Shown here: in pieces, positions 17,782 through 25,695 of the stretch
Position numbering within the stretch: position 1 is the stretch's first letter
Layout: every line of letters begins with the position of its first letter
Assembly (NCBI RefSeq): GCF_029504745.1
Contig: NZ_JAQFIQ010000013.1
Coordinates: forward strand, 20,100 to 52,099
DNA: 32,000 nucleotides
Direction: 5' to 3'
Source: Breznakia sp. PF5-3
GTDB taxonomy: Bacteria; Bacillota_I; Bacilli_A; Erysipelotrichales; Erysipelotrichaceae
Notes under the pieces: generated by a model
The model's input: the letters and a program-made list of their open reading frames with translations, nothing else
Told to the model about the DNA's origin: nothing
Databases searched by the model: none
Translations under genes and position numbers: made by a program

Positions 17782-19020
17782 ATGAAAAAAAGAGTAGTAA
17801 TTACAGGACTTGGTGCCTTATCACCAATTGGAAATACGGTAACGGATTTATGGAAATCTATTCGTGAAGGAAAGTGTGGTATTGAAAAGATAACTCATTT
17901 TGATACGACAGATTTCAAAGCAAAATTAGCAGGTGAAGTAAAAGACTTAGATATGGAACAGTATTTTAGTAAGCGTGATTTAAAATTTAATGATCGCTTT
18001 ACTCAGTTTGCAAGGATTGCTGCTAAACAAGCAATGATGGATTCTCAACTTGATACTTCAACAATTGATACACAACGTTTTGGTGTCATTATTGCATCTG
18101 GTATTGGTGGTATTGAATCTATTGAGAACGCAGAAGACACTTTAAAAGAAAGAGGACCTTCACGTGTATCACCATTCTTTATCCCTATGGCATTGGTTAA
18201 TTTGGCAGCAGGTAATGTTGCGATTGATGTAGGAGCAAAAGGGCATTGTTCTTCACAAGTAACTGCTTGTGCAGCTGCAAGTAATGCAATAGGGGAAGCT
18301 TTTCATAAAATTCGTGATGGATATGAAGATGTAATGTTAGCTGGAGGAAGTGAAGCATCTATTACACCATTGGCAATCGCTGGATTTGCATCAATGCGTG
18401 CACTGCATACAGGTGAAGATCCAAATCGTGCAAGTATTCCTTTTGATAAGGAACGTAGTGGATTTGTGATGGGGGAAGGTGCAGGTGTTTTGGTTCTAGA
18501 AGAGTTAGAACATGCACAGAAAAGAAAGGCAAAGATCTATGGTGAAATTATAGGATATGGATCTACTTGTGATGCTTTTCATATCACAGCTCCTATCGAT
18601 GATGGTAGTGGCGGAAGAGATGCCATGTTAAGAGCAATTAAAGATGCAGATATTAAAGCAGAGGATATTGCGTATATCAATGCACATGGTACAAGTACAC
18701 CATTAAATGATAAAACTGAAACAATGGCAATTAAAGGTGCGTTTAAGGATCATGCATATAACTTAGCAGTTTCATCTACAAAATCTAATACAGGACATCT
18801 TTTAGGGGCGTCTGGAGCGATTGAAGCTTTGATTACGGTAAAAGCGGTGCAAGAAGGGTTTATCCCTGCTACAATCAATTATCAAAACGCTGATGATGAT
18901 TGTGATTTGGATATTGTACCAAATCATGGAAGAGAACAAGAAATGCAATATGCTATGAGTAATTCATTAGGTTTTGGTGGACATAATGTATCTTTAATCT
19001 TTAAGAAATGGGAGGATTAG
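17782..19020 (+). CDS. fabF: 3-oxoacyl-ACP synthase II
   Basis: 412 aa with the active-site Cys context (VTACAAASNAIG) and the HGTSTP and GHLLGASG motifs. Confidence 0.95.
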   Translation: MKKRVVITGLGALSPIGNTVTDLWKSIREGKCGIEKITHFDTTDFKAKLAGEVKDLDMEQYFSKRDLKFNDRFTQFARIAAKQAMMDSQLDTSTIDTQRFGVIIASGIGGIESIENAEDTLKERGPSRVSPFFIPMALVNLAAGNVAIDVGAKGHCSSQVTACAAASNAIGEAFHKIRDGYEDVMLAGGSEASITPLAIAGFASMRALHTGEDPNRASIPFDKERSGFVMGEGAGVLVLEELEHAQKRKAKIYGEIIGYGSTCDAFHITAPIDDGSGGRDAMLRAIKDADIKAEDIAYINAHGTSTPLNDKTETMAIKGAFKDHAYNLAVSSTKSNTGHLLGASGAIEALITVKAVQEGFIPATINYQNADDDCDLDIVPNHGREQEMQYAMSNSLGFGGHNVSLIFKKWED

Positions 19021-19023
19021 AAA

Positions 19024-19455
19024 ATGTTGTATAATTCAAATCAAATTCAAGAAATCATACCACATCGTTATCCATTTTTATTAGTGGATACAATTGAAGA
19101 AATTAGTGAAGATGGTCAAACGATTATTGGAAAGAAATGTATTAGTGCAAATGAAATGCAATTTTTAGGTCATTTTCCTCAAAAGCATGTAATGCCTGGG
19201 GTATTGATTGTGGAAGCATTAGCACAAACAGGATGTGTTTTGCTTTTGTCGAAAGAAGAAAATAAAGGGAAAATTGGCTTCTTTGCAGGTATTAATAAAT
19301 TGCGCTTTAAACGTCAAGTTATTCCAGGTGATGTACTAACATTAAAGGTTACACTGACAAATCAAAGAGCGGGTATCTATTTTGCTGATGTAGAAGCATC
19401 AGTTGAAAATCAAATTGCTGTAAAAGGCGAAATCATGTGTGCCGTAGGAGAATAA
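19024..19455 (+). CDS. fabZ: 3-hydroxyacyl-ACP dehydratase
   Basis: 143 aa with HRYPFLLVD...GHFP...PGVLIVEALAQ, the hot-dog dehydratase signature. Confidence 0.9.
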   Translation: MLYNSNQIQEIIPHRYPFLLVDTIEEISEDGQTIIGKKCISANEMQFLGHFPQKHVMPGVLIVEALAQTGCVLLLSKEENKGKIGFFAGINKLRFKRQVIPGDVLTLKVTLTNQRAGIYFADVEASVENQIAVKGEIMCAVGE

Positions 19456-19456
19456 G

Positions 19457-19783
19457 ATGATTATTGGAATTGGATGTGACATTGTTGAGATTGATAGGAT
19501 AAAAGATAAGCAGGAAGAATTGGCTAAGCGAATTTTAACCCAAGCAGAATATCAACTTTATAAAAGTTATGCTGTAAAGCGTAGATTAGAATTTCTAGTA
19601 GGTCGATTTGCTGCTAAAGAGGCAATTTTTAAAGCTTGTAATAAAACGGTATTAATCTCAAATATAGAAGTGTTGCAAGGTGATAGTGGGGAACCCATTT
19701 GTAATTGGGGAGACTATCAGATTCATATATCGATCGCACATGAAAAGCATTATGCAATAGCATATGCGATTTGTGAAAAGTAG
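19457..19783 (+). CDS. acpS: Holo-ACP synthase (4'-phosphopantetheinyl transferase)
   Basis: 108 aa with MIIGIGCDIVEIDRI and FAAKEA, both AcpS hallmarks. Confidence 0.85.
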   Translation: MIIGIGCDIVEIDRIKDKQEELAKRILTQAEYQLYKSYAVKRRLEFLVGRFAAKEAIFKACNKTVLISNIEVLQGDSGEPICNWGDYQIHISIAHEKHYAIAYAICEK

Positions 19784-19792
19784 AGGTGGAAA

Positions 19793-20488
19793 ATGACTTT
19801 TTTTCAAATATTTAGAACTATATTTATTCTTCCATTTGCTTGGATAAGTGCTCTTTTATGTCGGCGTAAACCGATGGAAAAGCGATATAAAAAGCTACAG
19901 TGGTGGTCTACATTTATTATTAAGTATTTAGGATATAAGTTGGAAGTGGAAGGTGTTGAAAACATTCCATTGGATGAACCTATTCTTTTTGTATCAAATC
20001 ATCAAGGAACATTAGATCCTGCTTTGGTGATTGCCACTTGTCCCAAACCAATGGCATTTATTTCAAAAAAGAAAAATGAAAAGCTTCCAGTATTTGGAAG
20101 CTGGGCAATTACTATAGGTGTTATTCATTTTGATCATGATACAAGAGGGGGAAATGTTTATATGCTTCGTGAAGCAGCAAGAGAACTTAAAGCTGGTAAA
20201 CGCTTATTAATCTTCCCTGAAGGTACAAGATCGCGCGGAGATCATATGAATCCTTTTAAAACGGGAGCATTGCAACCTGCATATTTAGCGAAAGCAACCC
20301 TTGTGCCAGTAACGTTAAATAATGCATATTGTATTGATGATAAAAAAGATAAGAACAAGAATTTGAAAATAACGTATGGTAAACCAATTCGACATGAAGA
20401 ATATAAACAATATAAGTATGATGAAATGTCAGATATTGTTTATAAGGAAATTGAGAAGAATATTATATATCATGAAGAGCAATCATAG
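19793..20488 (+). CDS. plsC: 1-acyl-sn-glycerol-3-phosphate acyltransferase
   Basis: NHQGTLDP (HX4D) and FPEGTRS motifs are present. An N-terminal hydrophobic anchor is present. Confidence 0.85.
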   Translation: MTFFQIFRTIFILPFAWISALLCRRKPMEKRYKKLQWWSTFIIKYLGYKLEVEGVENIPLDEPILFVSNHQGTLDPALVIATCPKPMAFISKKKNEKLPVFGSWAITIGVIHFDHDTRGGNVYMLREAARELKAGKRLLIFPEGTRSRGDHMNPFKTGALQPAYLAKATLVPVTLNNAYCIDDKKDKNKNLKITYGKPIRHEEYKQYKYDEMSDIVYKEIEKNIIYHEEQS

Positions 20489-20501
20489 ATTGCTTTTTTT
20501 A
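20478..20501 (+). terminator. Rho-independent terminator ending the lipid operon
   Basis: agcaatc (20478-20484) pairs with gattgct (20488-20494), followed by a T7 run. The plsC stop codon lies in the loop. Confidence 0.75.
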
Positions 20502-20527
20502 TGATGCTTAGTTTTATAATATAAGTA

Positions 20528-20558
20528 TTGACTATTCCTTTAGGGAAGCGTTTATAAT
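20528..20558 (+). promoter_or_regulatory. MerR-type promoter with a 19-bp spacer
   Basis: TTGACT (20528-20533), a 19-nt spacer, then TATAAT (20553-20558). The spacer holds an imperfect dyad, TTCCtT-t-AgGGAA (20535-20547). Confidence 0.6.
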
Positions 20559-20581
20559 ATTAAAAAAGGAATCGATAAATT

Positions 20582-21559
20582 ATGAACAACTTAGTTAAAA
20601 TTAGAGATGTATCCAATAAATACAATATAACGGCTCGTACATTACGATATTACGAAGACATGGGTCTTTTGCATAGTATTCGAAATGATGATGTCGCTTA
20701 TAGGATGTATGATGAGAAGGCTGTAAGACGGATTGAACAGATACTTATCTTACGTAAATTAAACATTAGCATAAAAGATATTCAACGAATTTTCAATGCT
20801 GATGGTTCGGATGTAGTACTAGAAGTATTAGGGAAAAAAGTAGATACGATTGATGGTGAAGTTTCTTTGTTACATGAACTAAAAGATATTGTTTTAGACT
20901 TTATAAAAGAAATAGAAAATATGAGTTTTACAGATAATGCAGATATAAAACAATTGTATGATAAGGCAAAGGCAATTGAAACACAATTTGTAAGTGCTGA
21001 CTATATAGGAAAACCATCTAATGTAAATCGTTTGATCGAAATAAGTGAGCAATTAGATAAAAAAATTCCTGATGTAATGGTTGTCAGAGTTCCATCTTTC
21101 AAGGCAATCACTTCTGGTGATCAAACTTGGATGGATATATTCAAAGAAGGTGGTTATATGTTTCAATTATGGCAATACTATCATTTGTTTAAGCCTGTAA
21201 TTTTCGATTGTTTAGATTTCACATTACCTAAAAATGATAAAGCAGAGATGATATGTGCATTAAAAGAAGATGTTATTGAAGCGGATGTTCCACCATTTCA
21301 AATGATTGATTTTCCAGGTGGATTATATGCTATGGCAGTTAGTATTGATGAAGATGATGAAAGCATTCAAAAAGTACAAGATAAAATCTATAGGTGGATT
21401 GATAATACAAATTTTGAAGTTGATAACACTCGTGATTACATGTTTAATATGCCTTATTTAGATGAAGATAACATATACAATAAGGATATAGAAAAAGGAC
21501 TTGGGTATAAACAAATGCAGAGATATGTCCCAATAAAGTTGAAAGATGAAAATAAGTAA
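20582..21559 (+). CDS. MerR-family transcriptional regulator with a GyrI-like effector domain
   Basis: The N-terminal IRDVSNKYNITARTLRYYEDMGLL is a MerR HTH. The C-terminal ~160 aa resemble GyrI/AraC-effector-binding domains (FPGGLYAMAV...). Confidence 0.8.
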   Translation: MNNLVKIRDVSNKYNITARTLRYYEDMGLLHSIRNDDVAYRMYDEKAVRRIEQILILRKLNISIKDIQRIFNADGSDVVLEVLGKKVDTIDGEVSLLHELKDIVLDFIKEIENMSFTDNADIKQLYDKAKAIETQFVSADYIGKPSNVNRLIEISEQLDKKIPDVMVVRVPSFKAITSGDQTWMDIFKEGGYMFQLWQYYHLFKPVIFDCLDFTLPKNDKAEMICALKEDVIEADVPPFQMIDFPGGLYAMAVSIDEDDESIQKVQDKIYRWIDNTNFEVDNTRDYMFNMPYLDEDNIYNKDIEKGLGYKQMQRYVPIKLKDENK

Positions 21560-21569
21560 TTTATAGTAT

Positions 21570-21600
21570 TTGTATGAGGTATTGCACTATGCAATATTAT
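21570..21600 (+). promoter_or_regulatory. Candidate 19-bp-spacer promoter with a near-perfect dyad, upstream of the 346-aa ORF
   Basis: TTGTAT (21570-21575), a 19-nt spacer, then TATTAT (21595-21600). The dyad tattgca-cta-tgcaata (21580-21596) lies in the spacer. Confidence 0.45.
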
Positions 21601-21622
21601 AAGAAAAACAGTGAGGTAATAT

Positions 21623-22663
21623 ATGCGAAAAACGTTAGTAGAGTTAGCAGAATACTTAAAGCTTATCATTGTTCCCGAAACGGATGAAGCATATGCAGTA
21701 AACCCTATAGTTAGCAATATTTCAAATGAAGAAAATATTCGCCATGGGATTTCGGCGTTTAGAATTTTTTTATTGCGGTTTTATGATGAAATAATTACAA
21801 AAGGGAATGAATATGATGCCTATAAAAAAGTTGCTCATGAATATGAAAATCGTACTACTTTATCTGGATATTATCCATTTTTAAACAATCTAAAAATATT
21901 ATTGATGAAGATTGGTTTTTATGGGAAATTAGAAAATAATCATCAATATTTACGATGCGATAATAAAATATTTAATGAGAAGATCACCACAGCTAAAAAT
22001 ATTGAGTGTTTACAGTTTTTAAGCGAGTGTGGGATATGTATAGAAGGAATAGATTTACAAGATAAAAAGCAAAATTTAGCTAATATAAAAACAGTCAATA
22101 TATCCTATCCTGACGATTCTGCAATGCTGGTTGGATTAAAAGCTATGATAGTAGCTGAAAAAGAATTTGGTACACTTACCAATCAAGACGTTTTTTTACG
22201 GTGCGATTATAGAATATTAAAAAACGCTGATGTAGATATAACTTTAATTGTGAAAGACACAATCCATAGCTTACCAATAGATATACAAGCTTTTGTATTA
22301 CAATTGCATCATCAATATTTGGATAAAGGATTGAAGGTTATTGTCGAAATAAAGGGATATTGGGTATATATTAAATACATGTATAAAAGAAAAGATCTAT
22401 GGGGAATCAATGCATCACTAAACAATGGATTTCATATAAATGTGAAAGCTAAGAATATGCAAAAATATATAGATACAATTGAAACATTTCCACCATTTTT
22501 AAAAGAAGTTATTAACAAAGGTTATGGATGTGGAAGAAAAAACAAGGAAATTGGTCATTGTGATGGCGGGTGTCGAGGTATGATTATCCCCTTAGATAAT
22601 ACTGCAGTATCAATGTATGATGATATTGAAAGATGGTTTGATAAAGAATTAGAATATATGTAA
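21623..22663 (+). CDS. Hypothetical protein with a C-terminal Cys/His cluster
   Basis: 346-aa ORF preceded by the SD GTGAGGT. No family was recognised. The C-terminus carries GCGRKNKEIGHCDGGCRG. Confidence 0.6.
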   Translation: MRKTLVELAEYLKLIIVPETDEAYAVNPIVSNISNEENIRHGISAFRIFLLRFYDEIITKGNEYDAYKKVAHEYENRTTLSGYYPFLNNLKILLMKIGFYGKLENNHQYLRCDNKIFNEKITTAKNIECLQFLSECGICIEGIDLQDKKQNLANIKTVNISYPDDSAMLVGLKAMIVAEKEFGTLTNQDVFLRCDYRILKNADVDITLIVKDTIHSLPIDIQAFVLQLHHQYLDKGLKVIVEIKGYWVYIKYMYKRKDLWGINASLNNGFHINVKAKNMQKYIDTIETFPPFLKEVINKGYGCGRKNKEIGHCDGGCRGMIIPLDNTAVSMYDDIERWFDKELEYM

Positions 22664-22712
22664 TAAAAAAACTCCCTGTGAAAGATAAGGAGCGAAAAAA
22701 ACATAATTATAG

Positions 22713-23681
22713 TTAGGTATTGTTATCTACTTTACGAATACTAACTTTACCAGAATTAAGTGTATGGATAGTTCCATCCACTTTTTTTATGATGAGATTA
22801 GCATTTTCATCAATATCCAAAACATGAGCAGGATAAGTATTATCTTGTTCATGTACGACGATATCTTGATCTATAATAATAGAGTGTTGTTTGTAGATTG
22901 GTAAAAAAGTATTATGAGTTAGTTCATTATAATATTTATAAAACGATTGCAAGATTTGGTGAATTAAAAGATTTCGTTTTTGTTTTAATGAAGTAAAGTC
23001 TTCGATAGAAGCGGCTATTTCATGGAGCTCTTTATCAAATTTTTGAGAATGCACATTAAGTCCAATGCCTACAATCATATAATCCATATTAGCGGTGTTC
23101 ATTTCTAAGCTTGCTTCACATAAGATGCCACCAATTTTTTTGTTTTCAATGAAAATGTCGTTTACCCATTTTATTCCAGATGAAATATGATAAACTTTAT
23201 CGATTGCTTCATAAACAGCAACACTTGCACATGCTGTAAGTTTTAAAGCTTCATAAATTGTAATTGATGGTTTTAATAAAATACTCATATAGATGCCCTT
23301 TTGCTTAGTTGATGTGAAAGAGCGTCCATTTCTTCCCTTTCCTCGTGTTTGTTCATCACTGATTAAAACATAGCCTTCTTTTTGATTATACGCGATTTGT
23401 TTTAAAGTATCATTTGTAGAATCAATACTTTGTTGGATATGTATCGTGTGGTAAAAAGAGGGAAGCTGATTTTGGATTTCATCAATGATTAGAACATCGT
23501 TATGATTAGCTAAAAGATATCCTTTTCTTGTAGACGAATGGATTTCATATCCATCAGCAATTAATTTTTTTACGTATTTAGATACATTCATACGAGATGT
23601 GTTTAATTGTTTTGAAATTTGTTCACCAGAAATATAAGTTCCTTGATTATCATTTAAAATAGATAGTATTTTTTGTTTCAT
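22713..23681 (-). CDS. birA: Bifunctional biotin-[acetyl-CoA-carboxylase] ligase / biotin operon repressor
   Basis: 322 aa with an N-terminal HTH (ISGEQISKQLNTSRMNVSKYVKKL) and the ligase motif GKGRNGRSF (GRGRxGR-type), plus WVNDIF. The N-terminal HTH marks a class II (DNA-binding) BirA. Confidence 0.9.
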   Translation of the reverse strand: MKQKILSILNDNQGTYISGEQISKQLNTSRMNVSKYVKKLIADGYEIHSSTRKGYLLANHNDVLIIDEIQNQLPSFYHTIHIQQSIDSTNDTLKQIAYNQKEGYVLISDEQTRGKGRNGRSFTSTKQKGIYMSILLKPSITIYEALKLTACASVAVYEAIDKVYHISSGIKWVNDIFIENKKIGGILCEASLEMNTANMDYMIVGIGLNVHSQKFDKELHEIAASIEDFTSLKQKRNLLIHQILQSFYKYYNELTHNTFLPIYKQHSIIIDQDIVVHEQDNTYPAHVLDIDENANLIIKKVDGTIHTLNSGKVSIRKVDNNT

Positions 23682-23687
23682 AAAGTT

Positions 23688-23715
23688 ATTATATAGTAAA
23701 ATTAAGAAATGTAAA
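23688..23715 (-). promoter_or_regulatory. birA promoter (possibly giving a leaderless mRNA)
   Basis: On the minus strand: TTTACA (23715-23710), a 16-nt spacer, then TATAAT (23693-23688). The ATG begins only 6 nt after the -10, and no SD is visible. Confidence 0.5.
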
Positions 23716-23726
23716 AATGCAAATCC

Positions 23727-23754
23727 TTTACAAACTTCAAAACTGTGTTATAAT
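23727..23754 (+). promoter_or_regulatory. Promoter of the ABC/GntR operon
   Basis: TTTACA (23727-23732), a 16-nt spacer with an extended -10 TG (23746-23747), then TATAAT (23749-23754). Confidence 0.6.
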
Positions 23755-23782
23755 GTTAATACAGTAAAACAGGAGGAATATT

Positions 23783-24478
23783 ATGGAGGTAATTGCTAAA
23801 ATTGATAACGTAACTAAAAGTTATGGAAAAAAAGAAGCATTATCAAATGTTACATTTGATGTACATCCAGGTGAAATAATAGGGCTTTTAGGCCCTAATG
23901 GTAGTGGTAAAACAACGCTTATCAAGATTTTGAATAGCCTGATTGCAGATTATAGTGGAAATATTGAAATTGATGGACACTCAATTGGTGTTCATTCTAA
24001 ATCAGTTATTTCTTACTTGCCAGATGAACCATATTTTGAAGGCTGGCAAAAGGGAACGGATGTATTAGAAATATTTATAGATATGTATAAAGACTTTGAT
24101 TATGATCGTTGTATTCGCTTGTTAGAGCGTTTCCAAATCGATCCAGTAATGAGATTTAAGGAAATGTCAAAAGGGATGAAAGAAAAATTTCTATTAGCCT
24201 TGGTTATGTCTAGAAATGCAAAGGTTATTATTTTAGATGAACCAATTGGTGGAGTGGATCCAGCAGCCAGAGAAATTATTCTGGATACAATATTAGAAAA
24301 TTATAGTGAAGAACAAACGATTATTATGTCTACGCATTTAATTGCCGATATTGAGCGAATTTTTAATCGTGTTATTTTCTTGAAAGAAGGAAGTGTTGTA
24401 TTGGATGATGATGTGGAGTCAATCCGTATGCAAACAGGAAAATCAATCGATGAGTTATTCAGAGAGGAGTTCAGATAA
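23783..24478 (+). CDS. ABC transporter ATP-binding protein
   Basis: Walker A GPNGSGKTT, a degenerate signature MSKGMKEK and Walker B IILDEP are present. Confidence 0.9.
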   Translation: MEVIAKIDNVTKSYGKKEALSNVTFDVHPGEIIGLLGPNGSGKTTLIKILNSLIADYSGNIEIDGHSIGVHSKSVISYLPDEPYFEGWQKGTDVLEIFIDMYKDFDYDRCIRLLERFQIDPVMRFKEMSKGMKEKFLLALVMSRNAKVIILDEPIGGVDPAAREIILDTILENYSEEQTIIMSTHLIADIERIFNRVIFLKEGSVVLDDDVESIRMQTGKSIDELFREEFR

Positions 24479-25287
24479 TGTTGAAATTATTAAAACATGA
24501 GTTTAAAGTAAACAGAACTTCCTTCTTAGCTCTATATCTTGTTGTTATAGGATTATCTATTATTTTAAGATTATCAAATTTCACAAATATCACCGATGAT
24601 ACAGCAAGTATTTTTATAGGATTATTGATGATGTTGTATGTATTTGGAATCTTGGCAGCATATATTTATGTATTTGTAGCAGTGATTCGCTCTTTTAATA
24701 AATCCATGTTTAAGAAATCAGGATACCTTACAATGACATTACCAGTCTCGACAACTAGTAAGATTATTTCAAAGATGTTAATGGCCTCATTTTGGTTTAT
24801 TGTTAGTACCATTGTGATTATTTTATCACTTATGATTCTTATTCCAGATTTTGTAAATGCATTCTCTGAACTTGGTGATATATTGGCACATTATGGGTTT
24901 AATATTACATTGTGGTTACTATTAGTTTTAGCTGTAGTATCAGTTTTCCAAAGTATTTTATCAATGTATTTGTGTGTAACTTTCGTTAATACAAAATATG
25001 TAAAAGGTCATCGATTATTGATAGGAATTGGAGTTTATTTTGTATTCTCATATTTAACAAATTACATTCAACTTTTATTTTTGAATACAGCACCTATTGA
25101 TGCTTTAAATATGATGGAACCAAAGAATTATCCTTCGGTGGAACTATATCTAAATGATTTCTCTAATGAGTTGAATAATTTATTATCTAGTGTAATTGTA
25201 CCTAATATTATTATATCTGTAATCTTTGGGTTGTTATGTTTCTTTGCAATTAAGTATTTGATTGAAAAGAAAATAGAGCTTGACTAA
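24478..25287 (+). CDS. Polytopic membrane protein, probable permease partner of the ABC ATPase
   Basis: 269 aa with about six hydrophobic segments. Its start overlaps the ATPase stop (TAATG). No specific family was recognised. Confidence 0.55.
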   Translation: MLKLLKHEFKVNRTSFLALYLVVIGLSIILRLSNFTNITDDTASIFIGLLMMLYVFGILAAYIYVFVAVIRSFNKSMFKKSGYLTMTLPVSTTSKIISKMLMASFWFIVSTIVIILSLMILIPDFVNAFSELGDILAHYGFNITLWLLLVLAVVSVFQSILSMYLCVTFVNTKYVKGHRLLIGIGVYFVFSYLTNYIQLLFLNTAPIDALNMMEPKNYPSVELYLNDFSNELNNLLSSVIVPNIIISVIFGLLCFFAIKYLIEKKIELD

Positions 25288-25308
25288 AGAAAGAAAGGAC
25301 GTGATTTT

Positions 25309-25674
25309 ATGAATTTTGATCCAAATATACCAATTTATTTACAAATTATGGATGAATTTAAAAAGAATATAGTATCAAACAATTTTACATTAGGGTCAAA
25401 AGTAAAATCTGTTCGTGATTTGGCAATTGAGTACGGTGTTAATCCTAATACAGTACAACGTGCATTAAGTGAATTAGAACGGGAAGGTTTACTACGAAGT
25501 GAGCGAACATCAGGACGCTATATAAGTGATGATGAAGAGTTGATAAAAAAACTCAAAGTTGAACAAGCAACAGCAATCGTAGATCGGTTTATTTCAGACA
25601 TGAGGGCATTAGGTTTCACAAACAAGATGATAATGGAAACAATTGAGAAAAGTATACAAAAAGATGAAGACTAG
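25309..25674 (+). CDS. GntR-family regulator, short YtrA/YhcF-type
   Basis: 121 aa with the GntR winged helix VRDLAIEYGVNPNTVQRALSELEREGLL and no large effector domain. Confidence 0.85.
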   Translation: MNFDPNIPIYLQIMDEFKKNIVSNNFTLGSKVKSVRDLAIEYGVNPNTVQRALSELEREGLLRSERTSGRYISDDEELIKKLKVEQATAIVDRFISDMRALGFTNKMIMETIEKSIQKDED

Positions 25675-25695
25675 AATTCTAGCTTCATCTTTTTT
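25658..25695. terminator. Bidirectional terminator shared by convergent, overlapping genes
   Basis: aagatgaag (25661-25669) pairs with cttcatctt (25683-25691), enclosing the palindrome ctagaattctag (25671-25682). An A run lies upstream and a T run downstream. Confidence 0.7.

Noticed and set aside
22664-22712. Possible terminator between the 346-aa ORF and birA (ctcc...ggag flanked by A/T runs)
   Set aside because: The stem is only 4 bp with a 13-nt loop, which is too weak to call. Termination here remains unresolved.
23710-23732. TGTAAA-N11-TTTACA inverted repeat considered as a second BirA operator (birA autoregulation)
   Set aside because: Half-site spacing (23 bp end to end) differs from the bioY operator (30 bp across the TGTAAAC...GTTTACA cores). 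The arms are only 6 bp and coincide exactly with the two divergent -35 hexamers, which is the simpler explanation.
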